Of a stretch of DNA of 61,809 nucleotides, positions 9,470 through 20,694 are shown one piece after another. The notes under the pieces are model-generated. The model was given only the letters and a program-made list of their open reading frames with translations. It had not been told where the DNA came from and did not search any database. The stretch lies in contig JAQWQE010000051.1 of NCBI GenBank assembly GCA_029244925.1, forward strand, positions 1-61,809. The letters run 5' to 3'. Position 1 is the stretch's first letter, and each line of letters starts with the position of its first letter. The position numbers were made by a program, and so were the translations under genes. The stretch is from Gammaproteobacteria bacterium (GTDB lineage: Bacteria; Pseudomonadota; Gammaproteobacteria; Steroidobacterales; UBA11654).

Positions 9470-9838
9470 CTATTTACCTCTGTTTATCTGCTTTATACAG
9501 TTTTTTAGAGCATCTTCCAATAAAAAAAGCCTATCTTTTTTATTTATTGGTAATTCTAGTGTTTTTTCAATATTAAAATCTTGAATCTCTGCTGCTTCCA
9601 ATAAAGTCTTATTTTTAATTCTCTCAATATAAAATGCAGTAATAGCAATCATGAATGGACATCCAGATACATTATATTTTGCTTCAATTATTCGGTCTTC
9701 TTTTAAGTTTAGGTATAACTTAACAAAATCACCATTCACTTGAATAGCAACACCAGTATGATAATTTATATCGGCATGATCTGATGCAATATAAACAGAG
9801 TTGTTGTCACTAAAATATTGCCTTAATAAACTTTCCAT
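9470..9838 (-). CDS. Degenerate IscU/NifU-N family protein
   Basis: GDFVKL..AKYNVSGCP..KTLLEA..LELPINK..EDALK matches the IscU pattern between iscS and iscA; two of three ligand Cys are absent. Confidence 0.8.
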   Translation of the reverse strand: MESLLRQYFSDNNSVYIASDHADINYHTGVAIQVNGDFVKLYLNLKEDRIIEAKYNVSGCPFMIAITAFYIERIKNKTLLEAAEIQDFNIEKTLELPINKKDRLFLLEDALKNCIKQINRGK

Positions 9839-9840
9839 GG

Positions 9841-10998
9841 TTATTGTCCCCTGATCATCTTTAAATGCGTGACAATTTTTACAAGCGATTCAGCTGCGAT
9901 GGAAACTTCATTCATTGTTGTGTACCTTCCAAAACTAATTCGTATGGTTCCTCTAATTTCTTCTTGACTTAAACCCATCGACTTCAAGACATGTGAAGGT
10001 TCATCGCTATCAGAAGTGCACGCTGAACCTTTTGATAATGCTATTGTATTCATGCCAAAAATAATACTTTCAGAATCTAAGTCAGGCAGGCATACACTTA
10101 TGATTCCAGGAAATGTTGAAACTTCATCGGTATTAACAACTGCATCTTTAATATGAGAAATTGATTTCAAAAACAATGCTCTGCATTTCCTAATATGATT
10201 CAGGTCATTATTCATATGCTGCTTAGCCAACCTGAATGCAGCAGCCATTCCTATAATCTGATGGGTAGGAAGCGTGCCTGGTCTGATTCCTCGTTCTTGA
10301 CCTCCTCCTTTTATAATTGGTGCTATACGACCCATCGTTTTGCCATTGATATAGAGTGCGCCAATCCCTTTAGGACCATAAATTTTATGGGATGCCAATG
10401 ACATCAAGTCCACTTTAAGATTGTCTACATCAATGGGAATTTTTCCAATGCTTTGTGCTGCATCAACATGAAAAATAACATTCTTTTTTCTGCAGATTGC
10501 ACCAATGGACTCTATATCATTCAAAACACCTGTTTCATTATTGATGTGCATCAAGCTAACCATCAACGAATCTTTATTAAGAGTTTTCTCTAATTCATTC
10601 AAATCTATTTCTCCATTTTTTTTTGGGGACAAAAATAGAACTCTTAATCCTTTTTTTTCAAGTGTTTTAAAAGGTTCTATAACTGATTTATGTTCAGTCA
10701 TTGATGTAATGATGTTGCCTGATTTATTTTTCAAATTGAATTCATAAGAGCCAAATATTGCCAAATTATTTGCTTCTGTGGCCCCAGATGTCCAAATAAT
10801 TTCTCGTTGATCTGCATTGATTAGGTTGGCTACATCCTTTCTACAATCTTCAATTAACTCATATGCATTTTTTCCATATTCATGGTCAACTGATGAAGGA
10901 TTTCCAAAATCATTATTGCTTATAGCGCTAACCATTTCAGCAACGACCTCATTTGCAAGAGGTGTTGATGATGCATAATCAAGATAAATTGACTTCAT
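9841..10998 (-). CDS. iscS: Cysteine desulfurase, group I
   Basis: IYLDYASSTP, TSGATEANN, HVDAAQ, SHKIYGPKG (PLP Lys), GSACTS. Confidence 0.92.
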   Translation of the reverse strand: MKSIYLDYASSTPLANEVVAEMVSAISNNDFGNPSSVDHEYGKNAYELIEDCRKDVANLINADQREIIWTSGATEANNLAIFGSYEFNLKNKSGNIITSMTEHKSVIEPFKTLEKKGLRVLFLSPKKNGEIDLNELEKTLNKDSLMVSLMHINNETGVLNDIESIGAICRKKNVIFHVDAAQSIGKIPIDVDNLKVDLMSLASHKIYGPKGIGALYINGKTMGRIAPIIKGGGQERGIRPGTLPTHQIIGMAAAFRLAKQHMNNDLNHIRKCRALFLKSISHIKDAVVNTDEVSTFPGIISVCLPDLDSESIIFGMNTIALSKGSACTSDSDEPSHVLKSMGLSQEEIRGTIRISFGRYTTMNEVSIAAESLVKIVTHLKMIRGQ

Positions 10999-11717
10999 GG
11001 TTTTTTGTTACTCGTTGATTGAAAAGAAGCTAAGATGCCTCTCATAATATTCATTTCATTCTCATCCAATTCAGCTCGATTAAACAAAACTCTTAGCCTT
11101 CGCATTAATTTTCTAGGATTTCTTGGATTCAAAAAACCAGTTTCAAGCAAGACATCGTTCAAATGACTATAAAAAAGTTCCATTTCCTCATTGGAAGCTA
11201 AATCCCTATCCATCACTCTTTCTTTCATAGTCTTATCATTTATTCTTAATTCATAAGCTATGACCTGAACTGCGGCAGCTAAATTTAATGAAGAATAAGA
11301 TTCGCTAGATGGAATTTCAATAAGATGATTACAGCAATCAATCTCACTGTTTGTAAGACCTGTTTTCTCGGGGCCAAAAAGAATCGCTACATTCTGTTTT
11401 TCTGCTTTTTCATTTACCTTTGTTGCAAACTCTCTAACCGTTGAAGATGGAACGCTAATTCTTCTGCCTCTAACTGTAGTTCCTACAATAAATCCGCAAT
11501 CACTAATGGCTTCTTGCAGATTAGGAAAAATCTCGGCATTAATTAAAACATCAAGAGCACCTGATGACCTTGCTCTGGATTCAGGATGTGGATGCTCTTG
11601 CTTGGGTTGCACTAGAGCCAGCCTAGAAAAACCCATGGTTGCAATAGCTCTTGCTGCAGCTCCTATATTTCCAGGATGCGAAGGTTGGAAAAGGACGAAT
11701 TTAATATTTTTTTTCAT
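10995..11717 (-). CDS. trmJ: tRNA 32 2'-O-methyltransferase (SPOUT)
   Basis: PSHPGNIGAAARA, FGPEKTGL, SSLNLAAAVQ, EMNIMRGIL; divergent from suhB. Confidence 0.92.
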   Translation of the reverse strand: MKKNIKFVLFQPSHPGNIGAAARAIATMGFSRLALVQPKQEHPHPESRARSSGALDVLINAEIFPNLQEAISDCGFIVGTTVRGRRISVPSSTVREFATKVNEKAEKQNVAILFGPEKTGLTNSEIDCCNHLIEIPSSESYSSLNLAAAVQVIAYELRINDKTMKERVMDRDLASNEEMELFYSHLNDVLLETGFLNPRNPRKLMRRLRVLFNRAELDENEMNIMRGILASFQSTSNKKP

Positions 11718-11820
11718 CTGTTATTTAAATGATCTCTTACAAAGTCAAACAATTAGTTAGAAAGTTTTGTTATTCTACACATTATTCATTTCCTTAATTA
11801 ATGTAACAAGGGATTTTATC

Positions 11821-12630
11821 ATGCAAGGTTTACTAAATACTGCAGTCCAAGCAGCCAGAAAAGCAGGCGATATCGCTCAGTCTAATTTCAATCGAATTGA
11901 TGCGAATGATATTAAAACTAAAGCTTACAATGAATTCTTTACCTACGTTGATGAAGAAGCAGAGAAAGCTATAAAAGAGATTATTCAATCCAGATACCCC
12001 GATCATGATATTCTTGCCGAGGAAAGTGGCTACCATAATAATAATTCAGATTATTTATGGATTATAGATCCAATTGATGGAACCACAAACTACATTCATT
12101 CATTTCCAGTTTACTGTGTGTCTATTGCTCTAAAAATTAAAGGCAGATTGGAAGTGGCTGTTATATATGACCCTTCCAGACAAGAACTTTTCTCAGCAAT
12201 TAGAGGTGCGGGAAGTCAATTGGATGGCAGGAAAATTAGGGTCAGTAAACAAACTCTACTTGAGGGTTCTCTACTTGGAACTGGCTTCCCTTATCGGGAT
12301 CAAGAAGATTGGCTGGAAGTTTATCTGGACATCTTTTCAGATTTTACAAAAAAAGTAGGTGCCATCAGAAGACCTGGCTCTGCTGCGCTTGATCTCGCTT
12401 ATGTTGCATCAGGAAGATACGATGGATTCTGGGAATTCGGACTTCAACCATGGGACATTGCAGCAGGAATCTTATTGGTTCAAGAAGCTGGAGGGATTGT
12501 TAAAAATCTAATACCTAATCAAGATGTATTAGAGACGGGTAGCATCATTACTGGCAATCCTAAAATCTTTGAATTGATGAATGAAGTTATAAAAAAATAC
12601 GATCACAGGTTGATAGAATTATATTCTTAA
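11821..12630 (+). CDS. suhB: Inositol monophosphatase family SuhB
   Basis: WIIDPIDGTTNY, GSAALDLAYVA, WDIAAG; start at ATG 11821. Confidence 0.94.
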   Translation: MQGLLNTAVQAARKAGDIAQSNFNRIDANDIKTKAYNEFFTYVDEEAEKAIKEIIQSRYPDHDILAEESGYHNNNSDYLWIIDPIDGTTNYIHSFPVYCVSIALKIKGRLEVAVIYDPSRQELFSAIRGAGSQLDGRKIRVSKQTLLEGSLLGTGFPYRDQEDWLEVYLDIFSDFTKKVGAIRRPGSAALDLAYVASGRYDGFWEFGLQPWDIAAGILLVQEAGGIVKNLIPNQDVLETGSIITGNPKIFELMNEVIKKYDHRLIELYS

Positions 12631-12640
12631 TGAATGACAT

Positions 12641-13561
12641 CTAAGGCATTCCATCATCAACTTCTTCTTTCTTTGTCACGATTAAATCAGTGGTTGAAAC
12701 ATTGAGATATAAAACTGAAGGGGATGCTACAAAAATTGATGAATAGGTTCCAATAAGAACACCTATAATTAAAGCAAGTGAGAAACCCTCTAAAGATTTC
12801 CCGCCTATAAAATACAACGCAAACAAAACCAACAAAGTTGTTCCACTGGTTATGATGGTTCTACTGATCGTTTGTGTAATAGAAGTATTGAGTATATCGA
12901 TGGTTTCAGTATTTCTCATGGCTCTAAAATTCTCTCTAATACGATCAAATATTACTATCGTATCATTAAGAGAGTAACCAACAACTGCGAGTATTGCTGC
13001 CAAAACAGCTAGATCAAAAGAAAGTTGAAAGATAGAGAAAACACCCAGTGTAATAAGCACATCATGAACCAAAGCTATGACAGCGCCAATGGAGAATTTC
13101 CACTGAAATCTAGCCATGATATAAATCATAATCAAAATCAATGCAAAGATCATCGCTAAACCGCCATCCTCTGTTAACTCTTTACCAACTTGAGGACTGA
13201 CAAATTCTGAACCTCTTAGTTGCACTGAATTGGTAGATGAATTTAGACTATCTAGAATTTGCTTGCCCACGACCTTATTATCAAGATTCTCTCTTGGTAG
13301 AATTCTAATCATGAGATCTCTGGATGAACCAAAATTCTGAACAATCGCATCAGAATAACCAGCGTCTTCAAGGTTTGCTCTTACTTCTACTATGGACGGA
13401 GGCTCGTCATAAGCAACTTCAACTAAAAATCCTCCTGTAAAATCAATGCCTGGATTCAAACCCCTAAAGACCAGTGACGTTATGGATACAAGCATTAGAA
13501 TAATAGACAAACAAGTTGTTATATAACGAATGGATAGAAAATTTATCTTTTTCATGCTCAA
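12641..13561 (-). CDS. secF: Protein translocase subunit SecF
   Basis: GIDFTGG, HDVLITLG, GYSLNDTIVIFDRIRE. Confidence 0.97.
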   Translation of the reverse strand: MSMKKINFLSIRYITTCLSIILMLVSITSLVFRGLNPGIDFTGGFLVEVAYDEPPSIVEVRANLEDAGYSDAIVQNFGSSRDLMIRILPRENLDNKVVGKQILDSLNSSTNSVQLRGSEFVSPQVGKELTEDGGLAMIFALILIMIYIMARFQWKFSIGAVIALVHDVLITLGVFSIFQLSFDLAVLAAILAVVGYSLNDTIVIFDRIRENFRAMRNTETIDILNTSITQTISRTIITSGTTLLVLFALYFIGGKSLEGFSLALIIGVLIGTYSSIFVASPSVLYLNVSTTDLIVTKKEEVDDGMP

Positions 13562-13564
13562 CTT

Positions 13565-15409
13565 TTATATCCTGAGTTTTTTAATGGTTCTTTGACCATA
13601 AACAATATTAACGACGGCCCTTGAAGCAAGTATTGCTGTAAACAAAGAGGTGATAATTCCTATTGAAAGCGTCACTGCAAAACCTTTAATTGGACCTGTA
13701 CCAAAAGTAAATAAAACTAATGCGGCAATCAGTGTTGTCACATTAGCATCAGTAATGGTGGCAAAAGCCTTTTGATAACCTGCGGTGATACTGGCTTGAG
13801 GTGAGTTACCATTTCTGATCTCTTCCCTTATTCTCTCAAAGATCAGGACATTAGCATCAACAGCCATGCCGACCGTTAGAACGATACCCGCAATTCCAGG
13901 AAGGGTTAGAGAAGCTTGCAATAGCGATAGTATTCCAACGATTAAAACTAAATTGATCAATAACCCAAAGTTAGCAATCAGACCAAACCCTTTATAATAA
14001 AAAGCCATGAAAAAAATCACGACCGCCAACCCTATTAAGATTGCATTAAAGCCTTTATTAATATTATCTTGCCCCAAACTTGGACCAACGGTTTTTTCTT
14101 CAACTTTAAATATTGGTGCTGCCAAAGCTCCAGCTCTTAATAAAATTGAAAGATCCTTAGCTTCATAGACTGAAACGCCTGTGATTTCAAATTGACTACT
14201 AAAGACTCCTCTAATGGTTGCAATATTAATGACTTCTTTTTCTAAGACAGCACTATTCACCAACACTCCATTTTCTTCTTTCGTTTCCTGCCTTTGCTGG
14301 ATAAAAAGCACAGCCATAGGCTTATTTAAATTCCTCTTTGTCGTTTCAAGCATTGATTTTGATCCCTTGCTGTCGAGTCTGATAGAAACAGCAGGCCTTC
14401 CTTGTGAAAAATTCTGAGATGCATCAACAAGTTGATTCCCAGTAACTATGGCTTTCTTTTTCAAAAGAACAGGATTTCCAGATCGCTCATAGAATAAATC
14501 ACAACCAATAGGTGCCCTTCCCTTTTCTTCCGCTTCAAATGCATTTTCATTTTCGCAAACAAGTCTGAATTCAAGTGTTGCAGTAGCCCCAAGTATCCTT
14601 TCAGCTTGGGTCGGGTCTTGAACCCCTGGAAGCTGAACAATGATTCGATCCAAACCTTGTCTTTGCACTATAGGTTCAGCAACACCAAGCTCATTGACTC
14701 TGTTTCTCATAGTTAGAATATTCTGTTGAATAGCAAAATCTCTCCTCTCTTTGAGCTGATCCTCAGTCATTTCTACAATCATAGATGTGATAGATGCATT
14801 AGATGAATTTGTCACTCTCAATAAATTATCTACATCTCTAATAGTTCTTCTTGTGGCCGTATAATCCTCTGGATTGGACAATTCAATCCGAATTCTATTC
14901 CCTTCTTTTTTAATGTTTCTTCTGATCCTTTGATCAATTAATGATTTATTAATATCGGTGACATATTGATTAATCCTTTGATCAATTGCCGCATCCAGAT
15001 CAACTTCAAACTTGAAGTAAACACCCCCTCTTAAATCAAGACCCAGGCTCATTGGATTTAAATCAAGTTTATTTATCCAATTGGGTGTCCTGGGAGCAAA
15101 AGCTAATGCCACCGTTGCCACCCTATTAAGATATGAACGAATGGAATCGCTTGCATTGATTTGACTTTCAACATCACTAAATCGAATCAAAAGTTGATTA
15201 TTTTTAGTATTGATAGAACTAAAGGATTTTTCTTTTTCATCGAGATAAGCTTTAATATCTTCAATTTCAGATTCAGTGAAGCCAACTCCATTCTCTTTAG
15301 CAACTATTAAGGCTGGGTCTTCGCCATAAAAATTTGGAATGGCCAATAATAATCCTGCTAAAACAATAGCCATTACCAAAAGATTTTTCCAAAGAGGATA
15401 TTGATTCAT
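13565..15409 (-). CDS. secD: Protein translocase subunit SecD
   Basis: LGLDLRGG, RNRVNELGVAEP, GMAVDANVLIFERIREE. Confidence 0.97.
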   Translation of the reverse strand: MNQYPLWKNLLVMAIVLAGLLLAIPNFYGEDPALIVAKENGVGFTESEIEDIKAYLDEKEKSFSSINTKNNQLLIRFSDVESQINASDSIRSYLNRVATVALAFAPRTPNWINKLDLNPMSLGLDLRGGVYFKFEVDLDAAIDQRINQYVTDINKSLIDQRIRRNIKKEGNRIRIELSNPEDYTATRRTIRDVDNLLRVTNSSNASITSMIVEMTEDQLKERRDFAIQQNILTMRNRVNELGVAEPIVQRQGLDRIIVQLPGVQDPTQAERILGATATLEFRLVCENENAFEAEEKGRAPIGCDLFYERSGNPVLLKKKAIVTGNQLVDASQNFSQGRPAVSIRLDSKGSKSMLETTKRNLNKPMAVLFIQQRQETKEENGVLVNSAVLEKEVINIATIRGVFSSQFEITGVSVYEAKDLSILLRAGALAAPIFKVEEKTVGPSLGQDNINKGFNAILIGLAVVIFFMAFYYKGFGLIANFGLLINLVLIVGILSLLQASLTLPGIAGIVLTVGMAVDANVLIFERIREEIRNGNSPQASITAGYQKAFATITDANVTTLIAALVLFTFGTGPIKGFAVTLSIGIITSLFTAILASRAVVNIVYGQRTIKKLRI

Positions 15410-15416
15410 AAAGAAA

Positions 15417-15737
15417 TTAACCTTTTTTAATGGTTCCTTTTGGCATCAGAGAACCGATTGTAGTTCTTTGTACCTTGACTTTAACGCCTTCAGATATTTC
15501 CAACTGAAGGTATTGATCACCAATCTCAACAATTTTACCCAACAGTCCTCCAGCAGTAACAACTTCATTTCCTAACTCTAATGTAGAAATCATTTCTTGA
15601 TGTTCTTTTTGTTTTTTTGACTGAGGTCTAATCAGTAAAAAATAGAAAACAACAAATATAATAATCAATGGGAGAAAACTCAAAAAAGGGTCTCCTGATG
15701 TAGAGCTTGTTTGTGCCCAAGCATTTTCTATAAACAT
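15417..15737 (-). CDS. yajC: Preprotein translocase YajC
   Basis: FYFLLIRPQ, GNEVVTAGGLLG; start at ATG 15737. Confidence 0.95.
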   Translation of the reverse strand: MFIENAWAQTSSTSGDPFLSFLPLIIIFVVFYFLLIRPQSKKQKEHQEMISTLELGNEVVTAGGLLGKIVEIGDQYLQLEISEGVKVKVQRTTIGSLMPKGTIKKG

Positions 15738-15784
15738 TTCACTTTCCTTCCAAAAATAATGTTGCAATTATGACATAGAAATAA

Positions 15785-16894
<1,110 letters not shown>

Positions 16895-16898
16895 TTAA

Positions 16899-17915
16899 TT
16901 ACACATCCTTTCTTTCCAAAAACATAGCATCGCCATAACTAAAGAATCGATAGCGATTCTCCACAGCATGCCTATAGGCACTTAGAATTTCATCTCTACC
17001 AGAGAATGCTGCCACCAACATCATTAAAGAAGATTCTGGTAGATGAAAATTGGTAATCATAGCATCGACTACTTTAAATCGAAAACCAGGGTATATAAAA
17101 ATGTCTGTATAACCATTGGTGGGAGCAATGTTAGTCAAGCCAACTGTTTCTAGAGCTCTTGTGGCTGTTGTACCTACCGCAATAACTCGCCCACCCTGTT
17201 TTCGTGCATTTTGAATTTGATTGCAGAGTGTTTGATCAATACTGAAATACTCTTTATGCAGTTTTTTAATTTTCAACTGCTCTGATCTTAGAGGCATAAA
17301 TGTCCCTGCACCAATATGCAATGTAATTTCTCCTATATCCACATTCATTTGATTGATTTCATTTAATAATTCCCCAGTGAAATGAAGCCCTGCTGTTGGT
17401 GCCGCAACAGCTCCTAGTTTTGAGGCATAAACCGTTTGATATCTTTTTTCATCTGCAGGCTTGGCCTCTCTTTTTATATAAGGAGGTAATGGAACACTAG
17501 CAAAGTTTAATAAAGTTTTTTCTACTGACTCTGGAAACTCTACGATATAGAAATCATCGTCTTTGGATGCAATGCAAATCTCTATGTTGTTATTTAAATG
17601 GAGTGAAGATCCAACTTTTAGATTCCTGCTTGATTTAATTTGAACTAAAGCATGATTATGATCGATAATTCTCTCCAGTAATATTTCTGTTTTTCCCCCT
17701 GATTCTTTAACTCCCTTCATCCTGGAAGGAATAACTTTAGTGTTATTTATCACCAACAAATCATTTTCACAAAGTATGTTTGATAAATCAGAAAATACTC
17801 TATCCTCAAAACTGTTTGATCGAACACACAATAACTTACTATCACTTCTTTTTTCAGTAGGTGTTTGAGCGATGAGCTCTTTAGGTAACTCATAATAGTA
17901 ATCTGATGTTTTCAT
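16899..17915 (-). CDS. queA: SAM:tRNA ribosyltransferase-isomerase
   Basis: PLPPYIKR, AVAAPTAGLHF, TNFHLP, YRFFSYGDAM. Confidence 0.97.
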   Translation of the reverse strand: MKTSDYYYELPKELIAQTPTEKRSDSKLLCVRSNSFEDRVFSDLSNILCENDLLVINNTKVIPSRMKGVKESGGKTEILLERIIDHNHALVQIKSSRNLKVGSSLHLNNNIEICIASKDDDFYIVEFPESVEKTLLNFASVPLPPYIKREAKPADEKRYQTVYASKLGAVAAPTAGLHFTGELLNEINQMNVDIGEITLHIGAGTFMPLRSEQLKIKKLHKEYFSIDQTLCNQIQNARKQGGRVIAVGTTATRALETVGLTNIAPTNGYTDIFIYPGFRFKVVDAMITNFHLPESSLMMLVAAFSGRDEILSAYRHAVENRYRFFSYGDAMFLERKDV

Positions 17916-17972
17916 AGGATCATTTTACTAGATTAAAAAATGATCACATTGAGTAATTATCACTAAAGTTTA

Positions 17973-18001
17973 TGGACTGGGTGTGTGTCTCATTGTATTC
18001 T
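17973..18001 (+). promoter_or_regulatory. Putative sigma70 promoter for tRNA-Leu
   Basis: TGGACT-17 nt-TATTCT ending 12 nt before the tRNA 5' end. Confidence 0.35.
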
Positions 18002-18013
18002 TCTTAAATATTA

Positions 18014-18097
18014 GCCGGGGTGGCGGAATTGGTAGACGCGTCGGATTCAAAATCCGGTGGGGTTAAACCCGTGAGAGTTCGAGTCTCTCTCCCGGCA
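18014..18097 (+). tRNA. tRNA-Leu(CAA)
   Basis: Acceptor GCCGGGG/TCCCGGC-A, D loop AATTGGTAGA, anticodon arm TCGGA-TTCAAAA-TCCGG, long variable arm, T arm GAGAG-TTCGAGT-CTCTC; CCA not encoded. Confidence 0.96.
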
Positions 18098-18113
18098 GTA
18101 AAAAAAGGATTTT

Positions 18114-18638
18114 ATGAAATTTTGTAGTCAATGTGGACAAGGGATTAGGCTAGAAATACCTCAAAATGATAGTAAATTGAGGTATGTTTGCACTGGTTGC
18201 CATTTCATTCATTATGAAAATCCAAAAATTGTCGTAGGAACGATTCCAATATTTAATGATCAGGTTCTGTTGTGCTTGAGAGCTATCGAACCCAGGAGTA
18301 ATTATTGGACATTGCCAGCTGGATTTCTCGAAAATGGAGAAGGTATAGCAGATGGTGCTATTAGGGAAACACAAGAAGAGGCGATGATCACCCCGAATAT
18401 AGGGCCGCTACTTTCTATTATAGATGTTGTTCATGCCAATCAAGTGCATATTTTTTTTAGAGCAACATTGGATAATTTACAATTCTCACCAGGAATCGAG
18501 TCGTTAGATGTAAAACTGTTTACACTATCTGATATTCCATGGGAGCAAATTGCTTTTGAAACAGTTAGAATGACATTGAAAGCTCAAATAGAAAAAGAAA
18601 ACAATGACTTTAATCCAATATACAAAACAATAGATTAG
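18114..18638 (+). CDS. NUDIX hydrolase with N-terminal Zn ribbon
   Basis: FCSQCG...CTGC..HYENPK; Nudix box AGFLENGE...RETQEEA. Confidence 0.9.
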   Translation: MKFCSQCGQGIRLEIPQNDSKLRYVCTGCHFIHYENPKIVVGTIPIFNDQVLLCLRAIEPRSNYWTLPAGFLENGEGIADGAIRETQEEAMITPNIGPLLSIIDVVHANQVHIFFRATLDNLQFSPGIESLDVKLFTLSDIPWEQIAFETVRMTLKAQIEKENNDFNPIYKTID

Positions 18639-18682
18639 AGATTTTTGATCAGACAATTTATTTTAAAAAGGTGTGAAATAAA

Positions 18683-19006
18683 ATGACATTTTTAGTGGGA
18701 GAAAATTGCATTAAATGCAAATTAGGTGACTGCGTTGAAGTCTGTCCTGTCGATTGCTTCCATGAGGGTCCTAATATGCTTGTCATTAATCCAGATGAAT
18801 GCATAGACTGTGCCTTATGTGAGCCTGAATGCCCTGTAGATGCAATTTTTGCAGATGATGAAATACCTGATGGACAAGAAAATTTTCTAGAAATTAATCA
18901 AGAATTATGTGAAGTATGGCCTGTTATTTCTCATGCTCCGACTCCTCCTGATGATGCTGATGAATGGCGGGAAGTGAAGAATAAGCTTCAATATCTTGAG
19001 AAATAA
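18683..19006 (+). CDS. fdxA: 7Fe ferredoxin (Azotobacter FdI type)
   Basis: [18 protein letters not shown] and [12 protein letters not shown], with acidic C-terminal extension. Confidence 0.93.
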   Translation: MTFLVGENCIKCKLGDCVEVCPVDCFHEGPNMLVINPDECIDCALCEPECPVDAIFADDEIPDGQENFLEINQELCEVWPVISHAPTPPDDADEWREVKNKLQYLEK

Positions 19007-19747
19007 TTAAAATTGAGAATCTAATTGAGCCTTCAGGGATTCTGCTTCCATGTAACCCACGATCATTTCTCCCGAATCAGTTATCATTGTTGGTGTGCCT
19101 CGAACATTAAATTCCAATCCAGTCCTATAATGAGTGTTCACTGGATCATCTAAACAGTTCTGTGATGTAAGCGATGTTCCTTTTTTTGCTCGTGTCATGG
19201 CTTTCAATCTATCATCACTGCACCACACTTGTTTGGCTTTATCCCAGCTCTCTGTATCGGGTCCAGTTCTTGGGAAGAACAGATATCGGACTCTAATGCC
19301 TTGATCCATGACTTGCTTGATCTGATTGTGAAATTTTCTACAATAACCACAATCGATATCGGTAAAAATAGTCACAGTGTGATCAAAATTATCAGGTGTA
19401 AAAATAACCATTGATTGCTCATCAATTTGCTTTAATAAATTAACTCTCGATTCAGCTCTTAATCCTTCTGTTAAGTTTTCACTGGTTTCCATGTCATAAA
19501 TATCGCCTCTCAAGATATACTTTCCATCTTTTGAGACATAACCCACACTCGTACCAATGGAGACTGAATATATTCCTGGTATTTCAGATTCCAACACAGT
19601 TGCCTCAGGCATAATCATAGAAAGCTCTTCAACAACTCCTATGCTTGATGATGTATTTCCATTATTTTCCTCAACTTCACCAGAAGAGAGGTCACTAAGA
19701 AAAGTGAGTGCAAAAAGTAATAAACTAATTTTTATAGAATTCTTCAT
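19007..19747 (-). CDS. dsbC: Disulfide isomerase DsbC
   Basis: Signal peptide, FTDIDCGYC, FPR, GTP cis-Pro loop; downstream of xerD. Confidence 0.92.
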   Translation of the reverse strand: MKNSIKISLLLFALTFLSDLSSGEVEENNGNTSSSIGVVEELSMIMPEATVLESEIPGIYSVSIGTSVGYVSKDGKYILRGDIYDMETSENLTEGLRAESRVNLLKQIDEQSMVIFTPDNFDHTVTIFTDIDCGYCRKFHNQIKQVMDQGIRVRYLFFPRTGPDTESWDKAKQVWCSDDRLKAMTRAKKGTSLTSQNCLDDPVNTHYRTGLEFNVRGTPTMITDSGEMIVGYMEAESLKAQLDSQF

Positions 19748-19768
19748 ATCATAAGTATTGTAGAATAT

Positions 19769-20683
19769 TTATCCTCTTGGGTGATGTTTTTCATGCAAAT
19801 CTTTGAGTCTAGCTTGTGCTATATGAGTATAAATTTGAGTTGTGGATAAATCACTATGACCTAAAAGCATTTGAACAACTCTAAGATCTGCACCGTGATT
19901 AATTAAATGTGTTGCAAAAGCATGTCTGAGTGTATGGGGTGACAAATGAACCTCAATATCTGCCTTTTTAGAATATTTTTTTATCATCTGCCAAAATGCC
20001 TGCCTGGACATTGCATCAGAAGTTTTTGTAGGAAATAAATAATCTGTTTGTCGATCGCCAATGATCTCATGGAATGCTGTATCCAGATATTTTTTTAACC
20101 ATCTTTGAGAAATAGTACCTATGGGAACTAATCTTTCTTTATCTCCTTTACCAACAACTCTAATAAAGCCTTGATTTAAGTTCAGTTGATTTTTCTTTAA
20201 TTTTACTAACTCTGTTACACGCAAACCAGTGGCGTAAAGTAATTCCAACATAGTTCTATCCCTGCATCCCAAGGGTTTTTTAGCTATAGGCGCCTTAATC
20301 AACCTAAGCACTTGTTCTTCAGAGATTATTTGCGGTAAGGATCTACCTATTTTTGGCATAGATACTTTCTCTGTAGGATTGCTGACAATTAACTCTTGAT
20401 GAAAAAGATACCCATAAAATCGTCTAAATGAAGATAGCATTCTTGCAGAAGACCTTGAGCTTGAACCATTTTTTGCTCTTTCAGAAATATAATCCAATAG
20501 GTCTGCTCTAGAAATATTAATTAAAGTAAAGCCTTTCTTGATAGTCCAATTCTCTAGCCCACTTAAATCGGAACGATAAGCATCCAATGTTGCTTTTGAT
20601 AATCCTTGTTCTAACCAAATTGAATCAATAAAATTATCAATAGTGATTTTAGATTGAAAATCTTCTTTACTCATTTTTTTCAT
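19769..20683 (-). CDS. xerD: Tyrosine recombinase XerD
   Basis: LYATGLRVTEL, GKGDKER, SPHTLRHAFATH, LLGHSDLSTTQIYTH, HHPRG end. Confidence 0.96.
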   Translation of the reverse strand: MKKMSKEDFQSKITIDNFIDSIWLEQGLSKATLDAYRSDLSGLENWTIKKGFTLINISRADLLDYISERAKNGSSSRSSARMLSSFRRFYGYLFHQELIVSNPTEKVSMPKIGRSLPQIISEEQVLRLIKAPIAKKPLGCRDRTMLELLYATGLRVTELVKLKKNQLNLNQGFIRVVGKGDKERLVPIGTISQRWLKKYLDTAFHEIIGDRQTDYLFPTKTSDAMSRQAFWQMIKKYSKKADIEVHLSPHTLRHAFATHLINHGADLRVVQMLLGHSDLSTTQIYTHIAQARLKDLHEKHHPRG

Positions 20684-20694
20684 GGTATTAGAGT

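Noticed and set aside
19769-20683. Tyrosine recombinase near a tRNA as a possible island integrase
   Set aside because: It is housekeeping XerD in the canonical xerD-dsbC pair; I saw no duplicated tRNA 3' end or cargo boundary.
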